Source: an uncultured Clostridia bacterium
GTDB lineage: Bacteria; Bacillota; Clostridia; Christensenellales; Borkfalkiaceae
Direction: 5' to 3'
Assembly: GCA_944376335.1 (NCBI GenBank)
Contig: CALWCH010000003.1
Span: forward strand, 55,781 to 119,780
DNA length: 64,000 bases
Under the pieces are notes generated by a model, which was not told the origin of the DNA, did not search any database, and saw only the letters and a list, made by a program, of their open reading frames with translations. Within the stretch, counting starts at the first letter, position 1; each line of letters opens with the position of its first letter. The position numbers were made by a program, and so were the translations under genes. This document shows, piece by piece, positions 47,294-55,708 of this stretch.

Positions 47294-48546
47294 GCTCTCC
47301 CCTCCCGCACTTCAAGCACGACGGAGCAAAGCCGCGCTCCCGCCGACCCCTTCACGCTCAGCGCAAAGCTGCTCCCCTTCAAGGGCGGGGAAAAGCGCAG
47401 TTCCTCGCCCGCATTGCCCCGCACATGGCGGCACATCCCCCTTTCCGTGCTCGCCGCAATGCGGAAACAGCCCTTTCCTTCCACCTTCACGCCGTCTAAA
47501 CAGCGCGCCTCGGAGAGGCCGTACTCTGAAAGCGGAAATTCAACTCTCATCTCCTTCTCCGCCGCCGCGCCCTCGTCGAGGGCATACAGCTTCCCGCCGC
47601 GCAGAAAGTGAAACGCTCCCCCGCCGACGACGCTCTCCGCGCTCAGCCTTAAAAAGCTCGCCTTCTCTCCCGCAAGCGAGAAGATGCACCGCTCCCCTTC
47701 CTTCAGGGTGATGGCGGCAAAATAGGCCTCCCCCGCCGCCGCGCCCAAGACGGGCTTTTCAAAGTCGATGTGCTCCGCGCCGCATTCTTCGAGAGGGAAG
47801 AGCGTATTCCCCTTGATGGCAAACAGCCCGTCCTTCGCCGCAAACACGACGCGGATGCCGCAGCTCACCGCCGAGGCGGGCACCAGCCCCGTAAAGGCGC
47901 AGTTGAGCTCCTCCGCCTCGAAGTCCATAAAGTCCCCGGGCGCATAGAGCGCCGTCACGCCCCGCTCCCGCAGGAGCAGCAGCCGCCCCTTGTAGGGAAT
48001 GAGCCGCAATATTTCGCCGCCCCTCGAAGGCAGGTCGATGCTCCCCGCACCGTCCGCGGATACCGTCCAATCTGCAGCATCCAGCGGTACAGAATAGGAG
48101 ATCGTCTCCCCCGAGGCGATAAAGAGCCGCTCCTTGAACACCGCCATGCAGCTGCCCGCGGGCGCGCCCGTCACCTTTGAGGCGCCCGTCTCCCCGAGCG
48201 CATACAGTCCCGATGCGGTCAGCGCGTAGTACTCCGTGCCCGTCTCGCCCAAATAGGAGAGGACTTCCACGGGTTTTTCCGCAAGCGTAAAGCTACTTTC
48301 GCCCTTTGTAAGCACGGTCCCTGCGAGCGTAAAGAGCGCGCCGTCCTCCGTCCGAAAGACCGCCTCCGTGCCCGAAGGGAGCGTTTCAACGAGCTTTTTC
48401 CCGCCCGTCTCACAGAGCGCACCCCCGCGCTCTGCAGCATTGAGGGCAAACACCGCCGTCCTTCCGCTCCGTTCCGCAAAGAGGGCGGGCTTTATTCGCA
48501 CCCGCTTTCTTTTGCGTTCGGGGAATACGAGCCGCTTTGCGATCAT
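47290..48546 (-). CDS. Phage-cluster protein, beta-rich with repeated G-x-L-[FY]-A motifs; unknown (tail-hub position)
   Basis: Trimmed to ATG 48544-48546 (ATGA overlap with upstream stop), 418 aa. Recurrent strings DGALFTLAG, SGLYALGETG, ERLFIASGE, KDGLFAIKG, GEAYFAAI, GGKLYALDEG. Confidence 0.6.
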   Translation of the reverse strand: MIAKRLVFPERKRKRVRIKPALFAERSGRTAVFALNAAERGGALCETGGKKLVETLPSGTEAVFRTEDGALFTLAGTVLTKGESSFTLAEKPVEVLSYLGETGTEYYALTASGLYALGETGASKVTGAPAGSCMAVFKERLFIASGETISYSVPLDAADWTVSADGAGSIDLPSRGGEILRLIPYKGRLLLLRERGVTALYAPGDFMDFEAEELNCAFTGLVPASAVSCGIRVVFAAKDGLFAIKGNTLFPLEECGAEHIDFEKPVLGAAAGEAYFAAITLKEGERCIFSLAGEKASFLRLSAESVVGGGAFHFLRGGKLYALDEGAAAEKEMRVEFPLSEYGLSEARCLDGVKVEGKGCFRIAASTERGMCRHVRGNAGEELRFSPPLKGSSFALSVKGSAGARLCSVVLEVREGRA

Positions 48547-49103
48547 ACCCACCTCCTCGGGCGGACGGAGAGCGCCCTTCTCGGCACGCCCACCGCCCGC
48601 ACGGCGTCTAAAAAGCGGCTGTCCCACAGCTTCGCCTCTTCAAACATCCCGCGGGAGAGGCAGAACTCCCTCGCAACGCCGAAGGAGACGAGCCGCGCCG
48701 TCACCCTGCCGCCCAATTCCCCCTCTCCGTCGATGCCCTTGGGTTCAGGCGAATAGCAATAGCGGACGCGCACCCTCCCGCTTGCAACGGCGGGAAGATA
48801 CAGCCCCTCCTTCCTCGGCTCAAAGGCGGTCTCCCCGCCCATCCGCTTCACCGAGCGCACCCCCGCGGGCGCATAGGAAAAGCTGCTCCACGCCACCATA
48901 TGCCCCTCCGCCTCGAGCACTTCCTCCGCCTTCAGGGGAAGATAGTCGATGGCGAGCTCATTCTCGACGAGGTTATAGCACCTTACAAGGGAGGCAAGCT
49001 CCCCCTTGGGCGCCGTATTTTCGGGGAGCGCCTCCAATTCCTTCAACAGGTCTGCGCGGCCGAGATGCTCTGCGGCAAGCGCCAAAACTTCCTTGACCGT
49101 CAT
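48543..49103 (-). CDS. Phage-cluster protein in head-tail adaptor position; unknown
   Basis: Trimmed to ATG 49101-49103 (AAGGGGGTGG RBS), 186 aa. Starts MTVKEVLALAAEHLGRADLLKELE. Immediately follows the capsid gene. Confidence 0.55.
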   Translation of the reverse strand: MTVKEVLALAAEHLGRADLLKELEALPENTAPKGELASLVRCYNLVENELAIDYLPLKAEEVLEAEGHMVAWSSFSYAPAGVRSVKRMGGETAFEPRKEGLYLPAVASGRVRVRYCYSPEPKGIDGEGELGGRVTARLVSFGVAREFCLSRGMFEEAKLWDSRFLDAVRAVGVPRRALSVRPRRWV

Positions 49104-49120
49104 TCTCGGCCACCCCCTTG

Positions 49121-50275
49121 TTACTCGGTGATGCCCGTGAGCATGCCCTGCCCGACGGGGCGATAGCACATGAGCTCGGCGTACTTGACGAGCGTCGCCG
49201 TGTAGACGGGCTTCCCGGGGATCTGCTTTAAGACCTTGCCGTCCTCGCCCTCCAGCCACTGCCAGTCGCAGAGCTGATGCAGCCCGAAGTCGCCCGTATT
49301 CAAAAGGTACATCGTACCCTTGGGGCAGAACCTGTCCGCGACGACGGGAATGCCGTTGAAGCTCAGCGCCCTATAACCGCCCTGCAAGTCGACGGAGTCC
49401 GTCTTCTTATACGCCGCGAGCGCCGAGATGAGCTTGCGGCGCACCCCGCGCGAGCAGACGATGAAGTTGACCTTGCCGCCGCCGTATTCCTCCACGCCGT
49501 CGATGGCCTCCTGCAGCGCATCCTCGCTCATCGCCCCGAAGGACGTATCGGTATAAGGGGTGAGCCAGCTCTTGCCCTCCCTGTCGATGCCGTAGAGCTC
49601 GTCCGCCTCAAAGATGGCCTTAAGGCCTGTAATTTCGAGGTCCTTGGAATTCTGCAGGTAGATGACGTCGTTCTGTGCAGCGCCCGAGAGCGTGCCCTCA
49701 AAGGTGATTTGATTGTTCGCGCGGTCGACGGAGGCAATGACGGCGCCCGCCGTGTCGCGCGTGTTCGCGGTGTACACGTCCACCACCATGCCCTCTGCAA
49801 GGTTGATGGTGCTGTCCACGGTGTATTCGGTATTACCCGAAGAGGGAATGCCGGTGATCGTCGCGAGCTTGCCCGTGCCGTCGCCGAAGAGCATGCGCGA
49901 GAAGTTGAACGCGCTCGTCCTCACGAGGCTGTCCATCTCATCGTTCAAAAGGTTGACGAACGCGCCCTCGTTGCTCTCCGCAGCGCGGATGGCCTTGTCG
50001 CTCACCTCGATGGTGCCGTAGAGGTTTTTAAGGGGCGCAACGAACTGCGCATAGCCCGAAGAGAGGGCTTTCGGAAGTTCCCCGTCCTCCGTGCCCGCGC
50101 CCACGCCGCCGTTGACGCCGAAGCGCACCGCCTTTCTCACATCCCTCCCCCACACGTCGGAAGTGGTCTTCCTGATCTCGGCAAGCAGCGGATTCACCGT
50201 CTTGTCGAGCTGTTCGCTCACCACGCCGAGGTAGTAGGACTTCAATACGCTGTCTGCAGTCTGAGTCGTGATCAT
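49121..50275 (-). CDS. Phage major capsid protein (subfamily undetermined)
   Basis: 384 aa. Sits after the scaffold-like gene. Sequence (LKNLYGTIEVSDKAIRAAESNEGAFVNLLNDEMDSLVRT...) reads like capsid proteins I recall. Call rests on size and synteny. Confidence 0.75.
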   Translation of the reverse strand: MITTQTADSVLKSYYLGVVSEQLDKTVNPLLAEIRKTTSDVWGRDVRKAVRFGVNGGVGAGTEDGELPKALSSGYAQFVAPLKNLYGTIEVSDKAIRAAESNEGAFVNLLNDEMDSLVRTSAFNFSRMLFGDGTGKLATITGIPSSGNTEYTVDSTINLAEGMVVDVYTANTRDTAGAVIASVDRANNQITFEGTLSGAAQNDVIYLQNSKDLEITGLKAIFEADELYGIDREGKSWLTPYTDTSFGAMSEDALQEAIDGVEEYGGGKVNFIVCSRGVRRKLISALAAYKKTDSVDLQGGYRALSFNGIPVVADRFCPKGTMYLLNTGDFGLHQLCDWQWLEGEDGKVLKQIPGKPVYTATLVKYAELMCYRPVGQGMLTGITE

Positions 50276-50278
50276 ACA

Positions 50279-50722
50279 TTATTCTCCTTTCTTTGCTTGT
50301 CTGAGGTAGCCGAGCGCCAGCCTGCCCGCCTCCTCGATGGTCTTTGGCCGCAGTTGGGGCGCGGAGATGCCCGCACCCGAGCGCGTCATGAGCGGTACGC
50401 GGGGAAGTGCAATGCCTTCGGACGGCGCAGGCTTTTCCGCCCCCGCCCCTTCCTCGGGCGCAGTCCGGACTGCGCGCTCCCCCTCTTCGCTCACTTCGCA
50501 TGGAAGTGTTTCGCGCGCCGAGGGCTGCTCCTGTTTCACGGGAGCCGCCTTGTTCGCCTCTTCGAGTGCCCGAAGCCGCTGGCTGCGGCGGGTAAATTCC
50601 GCTTCGAGCGCCTCATACGCGCGCAAGAGGGCATCGACCGACTTAAACTTGGAAGGAAGCTCCCCAAGAGCGCCAAGTTCCCCCTCGGGAACTTCCCTTT
50701 CTGCCGTGTTCTCCTCTTTCAT
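50279..50722 (-). CDS. Putative scaffolding protein
   Basis: 147 aa. Acidic/helical (FKSVDALLRAYEALEAEFTRRSQRLRALEEANK). Located between portal and capsid. AGGAGG RBS. Confidence 0.55.
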   Translation of the reverse strand: MKEENTAEREVPEGELGALGELPSKFKSVDALLRAYEALEAEFTRRSQRLRALEEANKAAPVKQEQPSARETLPCEVSEEGERAVRTAPEEGAGAEKPAPSEGIALPRVPLMTRSGAGISAPQLRPKTIEEAGRLALGYLRQAKKGE

Positions 50723-50734
50723 ACCATTCCTCCT

Positions 50735-52522
50735 TTATTTTTCAAGCGCCCTGTGTGCACGGATGTGCGCCGCAAGCCGCGCTTTGACCGTCTCATCCTG
50801 CTCGCCGCCCGAAAGCAGCGCGCGCGTGTGCTCGGTGATGTGCAGTGCGTGGTCGTCATACTCGTCGGGCTCCACATCCCTCTCCCGAAGGTCGATGTTC
50901 TCCCGCTCCGCCTTTTTGAGGTGCAGGTGCGAGATATCCCTTGCACTCTCGAAGGAGCCGTACCCGAACGCATCCAAAATTTTGTTGCGCGTGTCGTCCG
51001 AGAGCTTCCCCTCGCCGTCCGTCAGAAGTCCCGCCTGGAAGAGCGACAAGATCTCTTCCTTGACCTCGGCGGGCGTCCGCTCGTACTCCGTCAAGAACTC
51101 CACGTCGTCTGCCGAGATGTCGCTTCTGTCGAAGTAATAAAGCTCCGTCTCGCCCCCTTCGCCCGTCATGCTGAGAAGCCGCTTGTTTGCCGCAAACTGC
51201 TTGTAAAGGTGCAGGATCTGCTTCCCGACCGCACGCAGCGCACGCTCCACGCTCTCCACGCTCGCCTGCATGCGGTTGGTGTCCTGTTCTAACAGGAGCT
51301 GCAGCCCCGTCGCCGACGTCACGCGGTAGACGGCGGAAGAGGTGCGCCCCAGCTCGCTCATGCCCGAGACGAGGATGAATTCGTTGGCGATGCGTTCCTC
51401 TTCCTCGGAAAAGTCGGAGGGAAGCGACCCGAAGTCGAGGAAGTGCGGCTCGTTCGCCCCCTGCCGGTACACGATCACCCGCCCGGGCGCAAGCCCCTCC
51501 TCGGCAAGTTCCTCTGCATCGAGGGAGCCGTCCTCGACCGCGAGAACGCCCGTCGAGAGGCGGTTCAAAAACTCCTGCTTTCTGTTTCTCACGGCGTTGT
51601 AGGCGCGCTGCAGGGGGATCATCCTGTCGATGATGCTCGCCCCGTAAAAGCTCCCCGGCACTTCCGTGCACGTCTGCCGCACGAAGGGGAAGATGCGCTC
51701 CCCCCTGTCCCCGTTCTCATAAGGGAGCGGCCCCTCATAGAGCAGCACGCCGCCCGCCGCAATTTCCAGTCTCCCCTCGGGGTGCGCCGTATCTGGGCGG
51801 GTATAGCGCTCGATGAGGATCTCCGCATCCTCCAGCATCCCTTCCGCAACTTCCACCTTGCGCCCCGCAAGCTCCGCGCCGAACCGCTCATAGATCTCCT
51901 TCACGGGCACCGCCTTGGCGTGGATGAGGCTTCTCACATCGTCGAGGCTCTCCGCCGAGAGCGAGTCGGGGTACACCTCGAAGGGCGAGAGCGCCGCAAC
52001 GTTCACATCCCCCTCTCTTCTCGGCTGTTCGCCGTCCGCGCCGATGAGCTTTCCCTCGTCGAAGTTCCACACCACCTTATAAAAGGACGTGCCGCACGCC
52101 TCCGACCAGAGCGTCGCCCGCGCGATGACGCCGTCCAGATCTAGCTTCCCCCGCGCCGCCTTCAAAATGTTCGAAGAGAGCCGCGCCGTCTTCATGTCCT
52201 CGGGGCTATTTGAAAACGCCCTCACATTCAGCGTCGGCCGCACCTTGGCGAGGCGGGCAAGGCGCGCGTCTACGGTGGGCGCGATGTGGTTGTAGCACCC
52301 CCGCGCCTGCCAGAAGTACGCCGCTTCCTCCTCTTCCACCTCGCCCACGGGCGAGATGCCGCAGTACTGGTTTCCCTTCAAAAAATTCATGTTGAGCTGC
52401 CAGCCGCGCTCCAAACTCTTCCGCGCCTGCTGCCGCTCCAGAAAGTCGCGCAGGATGCCCTCGGCAAGCGCCTTCTTCCGCGCCTCTTCCATGCGCTCCG
52501 CCGTCCTTTCACTCTCCATCAT
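50735..52522 (-). CDS. Phage portal protein
   Basis: 595 aa. Portal-typical size and position after TerL. AGGAGG RBS before tandem ATG ATG. Exact start uncertain (52522/52519). Confidence 0.75.
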   Translation of the reverse strand: MMESERTAERMEEARKKALAEGILRDFLERQQARKSLERGWQLNMNFLKGNQYCGISPVGEVEEEEAAYFWQARGCYNHIAPTVDARLARLAKVRPTLNVRAFSNSPEDMKTARLSSNILKAARGKLDLDGVIARATLWSEACGTSFYKVVWNFDEGKLIGADGEQPRREGDVNVAALSPFEVYPDSLSAESLDDVRSLIHAKAVPVKEIYERFGAELAGRKVEVAEGMLEDAEILIERYTRPDTAHPEGRLEIAAGGVLLYEGPLPYENGDRGERIFPFVRQTCTEVPGSFYGASIIDRMIPLQRAYNAVRNRKQEFLNRLSTGVLAVEDGSLDAEELAEEGLAPGRVIVYRQGANEPHFLDFGSLPSDFSEEEERIANEFILVSGMSELGRTSSAVYRVTSATGLQLLLEQDTNRMQASVESVERALRAVGKQILHLYKQFAANKRLLSMTGEGGETELYYFDRSDISADDVEFLTEYERTPAEVKEEILSLFQAGLLTDGEGKLSDDTRNKILDAFGYGSFESARDISHLHLKKAERENIDLRERDVEPDEYDDHALHITEHTRALLSGGEQDETVKARLAAHIRAHRALEK

Positions 52523-52769
52523 CTTCCTCCTTCAAGCGGGCAAGAAGCCGCTGTTTTTCCTTCTCCAACGCCTCGTCGCTCAAGCCGCTATAGTCCTGCC
52601 CTTCCATCAGGAGCCGCACCGCCTTCAAATCGGGCGGGATGTCCTTCCGCGTCTCCCGCCGCTTGACGAGCGTCAATTCGCCGTCCTGCACGCCGTATTC
52701 CTCGGTCACTTCCTCCACGGAACACCCGAGCGCGACCTTCAGAATGGCGTCTCTCACCTTTTCTTCCAC
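52509..52769 (-). CDS. Small phage-cluster protein between TerL and portal; unknown
   Basis: 86 aa. GTG start with GGGGGAGAG RBS. Contains IPPDLKAVRLLMEG, reminiscent of small-terminase strings, but it lies downstream of TerL. 14-nt overlap with portal start. Confidence 0.45.
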   Translation of the reverse strand: MEEKVRDAILKVALGCSVEEVTEEYGVQDGELTLVKRRETRKDIPPDLKAVRLLMEGQDYSGLSDEALEKEKQRLLARLKEEDDGE

Positions 52770-52784
52770 ACTCTCCCCCTTGTC

Positions 52785-54224
52785 TTAATGCGGCCGCCTG
52801 CCCCGCTTCAGGGCACGCATGAGCCGCTCCTTCTCCCGCCCCACGTCCGTGAGCACCTTCGTCTCCTGATGGGCGGGCCTCGTCATCAGATAGTACCTCA
52901 GTTCATCGAGCGCATGGTCCTCCTTCTTCTCGGGCCGATCCCCCTTCCCCCAAAAGTACCCCTTCATCTCGCGGATGAGATTGGTACAGCTTCGGAAGAT
53001 ATAGAGATCGGGCCACCCGTTCCCCCGTTTTAAATAGCTCTTCACCCGCGCGATGCCCGCGAACATCTCCTTGTCGACGCGCGCATCAACTAAAATTCCC
53101 CGCTCATAGAAGAGCTCCGAAACGCTCTTTGCCGAAGAGAGCGTCCGCTGCCCCGCCGCCGGATCGATGAGCGCCCGCACTCTCCCCGCCCCGTCCTTCT
53201 TCCAGCCCAAGGCGTCGCAAATTTCGTGGATGCGCCCTGCATGATAGTCGATGTCCTCGCCCGCCTTGTAGTGCTCCGCAACGACGTAGACGTTCCCGTC
53301 GTAATCGACACAATACCAGTGCGCGGAGAGCGGGTTCCTCAGCCCCGGGTCGATGGAGATGTTGTCCTGCCAGCTCTCGGGCACCTCGAAGGGGTCGATG
53401 ACGTGCACGCTCTCCTCAAATTCGGGGTAGACGAGCCCCTCGCGCCTCGCAAACCGCCCGTACCGCCGCGACTGCAGCGCCGTCTCGTCCATCGTCTGCT
53501 CTAAAAGAGCGATCTCCCTCTTGGAGAGATAGGGGTTATCCGACCACTCCATGAACTCATACCAAACCTCGGGGTCGTTCTTCTTGTTGAGGTAGATGTC
53601 GTCATAGAGAAAGGTCAGCCCCTTCAAGGGGGTCATCGTGCCGAAGATATCCCCGCACTTATCCAAAACGCGCATGCGGCACTCTTCATAGATATCCTTG
53701 GGCGGCTCCTCGTCGAACCACACAAAGTCCAAGGAGCTCCCCTGAAACTTCTCCCGCCCCTGGTCGCAGCTCTTAAAGCCGATCGTGCCCGTGCCGCCCG
53801 TCTCGTTCCTCAACACGATCTGGTCGATGACGCCCGATTCGGGGCTGTCCTTCCTCCCGCTCAGCATGACGATATCGAGGATCTGATCGCGCCTCAGATA
53901 GGAGAGCACCTTCTTCTGCGCCACATCCCGCTGCACCTGCTGCGAGAGAGAGACCACCCACCCGAACACATTCGCCCGGTTCTTGCGGTAGGGATGCACG
54001 CCGCGCGCCATCCACACCGCCTCCACGGCGCCGCACTCCGTCTTGCCCGAGCGGTTGCCCCCAAACACCCAGCGGTTGCGCTTCTTGCAGCGGTGAAAGG
54101 CCATCTGCTTCTTATGCACCCTTCTCCCCTTGTTGTACTGCGCAAGCCTGTCTCCCGCCGCCCGCCTCTTCTGCTCCGCCTCGATGGCGGCGATCATGTT
54201 GATGATTTCGTTCATATTCGCCAA
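52785..54224 (-). CDS. Phage terminase large subunit
   Basis: 479 aa. Walker A WVFGGNRSGKTECGA, Walker B SLDFVWFDEEP, C-terminal nuclease-like half. Confidence 0.88.
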   Translation of the reverse strand: MANMNEIINMIAAIEAEQKRRAAGDRLAQYNKGRRVHKKQMAFHRCKKRNRWVFGGNRSGKTECGAVEAVWMARGVHPYRKNRANVFGWVVSLSQQVQRDVAQKKVLSYLRRDQILDIVMLSGRKDSPESGVIDQIVLRNETGGTGTIGFKSCDQGREKFQGSSLDFVWFDEEPPKDIYEECRMRVLDKCGDIFGTMTPLKGLTFLYDDIYLNKKNDPEVWYEFMEWSDNPYLSKREIALLEQTMDETALQSRRYGRFARREGLVYPEFEESVHVIDPFEVPESWQDNISIDPGLRNPLSAHWYCVDYDGNVYVVAEHYKAGEDIDYHAGRIHEICDALGWKKDGAGRVRALIDPAAGQRTLSSAKSVSELFYERGILVDARVDKEMFAGIARVKSYLKRGNGWPDLYIFRSCTNLIREMKGYFWGKGDRPEKKEDHALDELRYYLMTRPAHQETKVLTDVGREKERLMRALKRGRRPH

Positions 54225-54268
54225 AACCTCTTATCCCCCGCTCCCCCTTTTGGCTTAAGATAGCGCCT

Positions 54269-54961
54269 ATGAAAGCACTCCTTCTTCTCATGGCGTCTCT
54301 CCTTCTGCCCCCGCTTCCCCTCTCCGTCTCCGCCGAAGAACTCCCCGCCCCCGCGTCCGAAGTGTACGCCGTCGCCGCCCGCTCCGACGTGTGGCTGTAC
54401 GCCGAGGAAAGCGAAGAGAGCGGCCTCTTCCTGCTCCCGTACACCTACTATGTGCGCGTTTTAGAGCGCGGCGAGGAATACTCTTCCGTCGTCTACGGCG
54501 AGGATATTGCCCCCTACCGCACCGTCGAGGGGTACTGCAAGACGGACATGCTCACCTTCGTCGGCTTTATCCCCGAGCGCCCCTTCTTAAAGCTGGAAGT
54601 CACCGTCACCTATACCGTCGAGGGCGCCGCCTCCGAGATGGGCAACGGCACCTTCGACGAGATCGAGCGCTCCTTCCACTACTACGGCACGAGCTACCTC
54701 GGCACCCGCCGCTACTACTACGTCCTCTCCGACGGCGTGTTCGACTACATCCCCGCAGAGCGCGACGTTACGTTCGAGCTCAACACCGACTACCTTGCAG
54801 AGACCGTCGCCCCCGTGCCCGAAGAGCCCGCACCCGAGCCCTCCGCAGCGCTCTCCCCCGTCGGCATCGCCGCGCTCATCGTCGGCATCGCCGCGCTCTC
54901 GGCGATCGTCTTTTTCGTGCTGCGCGGAAGAAAGCCCGCCCCCTCCGACGAGGAACTCTGA
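54269..54961 (+). CDS. Secreted, C-terminally membrane-anchored protein with SH3b-like N-domain; unknown
   Basis: 230 aa. Signal peptide MKALLLLMASLLLPPLPLSVSA. C-terminal TM VGIAALIVGIAALSAIVFFVL plus RGRK. Strong protein-like, C-ending codon usage. No obvious SD. Confidence 0.65.
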   Translation: MKALLLLMASLLLPPLPLSVSAEELPAPASEVYAVAARSDVWLYAEESEESGLFLLPYTYYVRVLERGEEYSSVVYGEDIAPYRTVEGYCKTDMLTFVGFIPERPFLKLEVTVTYTVEGAASEMGNGTFDEIERSFHYYGTSYLGTRRYYYVLSDGVFDYIPAERDVTFELNTDYLAETVAPVPEEPAPEPSAALSPVGIAALIVGIAALSAIVFFVLRGRKPAPSDEEL

Positions 54962-55461
54962 CCGCCGAACAGCGGCCTTCCGCTGCGCCGCTGCACGAGC
55001 TTTCTCTCCCACCCGTTCATGAGCGCCTTTAAGATGGTCATGTAGGGGGAAAACCCCTCAAAGTCACGCAAAAACGCCTCTTCGGTACAGCCCCGCCGCT
55101 GCATACGGCAGCAGAGCCGCGACAAAAGCTGCTTCTGCTTGCGGAAGTAGCTCCGCTCCGAGCAGGTGATCGTCCTGCCCGAAAGCCGGCTCTTCCTGCG
55201 GAAGTACTTGTACTCCAATAGGAAGAGCTCCTCCTCGCTGCAATAGGAGATCGCCCGCTCGAGCTGCTCCTTCCAGCGGAGCAGGCACTCCGCATGCGCC
55301 ATGTCCGCCGCAATGCTCTCCATGATGGCAAGGGTGTCCATCGGATGCTTGAAGGAGAGGCTCGCCCGCACCTTCGCACCGACGCGCACCGCCTCCGAAA
55401 GTTTCTCCGCATGCGGGTACGCATACAGCAGCACCCGCATATAATCATACTTGTCTCTCAT
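54790..55461 (-). CDS. Phage-associated HTH-like protein (late regulator- or small-terminase-like); C-terminal ~60 aa antisense to 54269-54961
   Basis: 223 aa. EELFLLEYKYFRRKSRLSGRTITCSERSYFRKQKQLLSRL looks like a sigma-r4/ArpU-RinA-type HTH. GAGAGGA RBS. The tail is low-complexity (SSSSEGAG...GSGAGSSGTGA). Confidence 0.45.
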   Translation of the reverse strand: MRDKYDYMRVLLYAYPHAEKLSEAVRVGAKVRASLSFKHPMDTLAIMESIAADMAHAECLLRWKEQLERAISYCSEEELFLLEYKYFRRKSRLSGRTITCSERSYFRKQKQLLSRLCCRMQRRGCTEEAFLRDFEGFSPYMTILKALMNGWERKLVQRRSGRPLFGGQSSSSEGAGFLPRSTKKTIAESAAMPTMSAAMPTGESAAEGSGAGSSGTGATVSAR

Positions 55462-55673
55462 TGCTATTCCGTCCTCTCATGCCGAAACACGAACGTTTGT
55501 TTACGCTATTATGATAGCACGAAAAACAGGCACCCGTGCGCCGATATGCCAAAATTCTCTGATTTTCCCCGAATTTTTTTCCGCGCCCGCAGCGTCTTTC
55601 CGCCTTTTTTACGCCCGTCCATCAAAAGCCCCGCTCTCAAAGGGAAAATGGAGAGGTTTTCCCCTGCAATCTC

Positions 55674-55702
55674 TTGTCTTTTGCGCGCGCGCGTGTTATA
55701 AT
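55674..55702 (+). promoter_or_regulatory. Extended -10 promoter placed for a leaderless transcript of the 834-aa gene
   Basis: TTGTCT (55674-55679), 17-nt spacer ending in TGT, TATAAT (55697-55702). The ATG at 55709 lies 6 nt after the -10. No SD between them. Confidence 0.5.
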
Positions 55703-55708
55703 TGTCAT

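Larger units (their letters stand above)
46805..55461 (-). mobile_element. Phage-derived head/neck morphogenesis cluster (defective prophage, satellite-like or domesticated element); boundaries approximate
   Basis: Co-directional TerL, portal, scaffold-like, capsid and three downstream unknowns, plus an upstream HTH-like gene. No integrase, att repeats, lysis, replication or long-tail genes recognised. Confidence 0.6.

Noticed and set aside
52509-52769. Annotating the 86-aa protein as the small terminase subunit.
   Set aside because: The IPPDLKAVRLLMEG string is reminiscent of some TerS proteins. However, the gene lies downstream of TerL, is very short and has no clear HTH. It is left as unknown. 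The upstream HTH-like gene is an equally weak TerS candidate.
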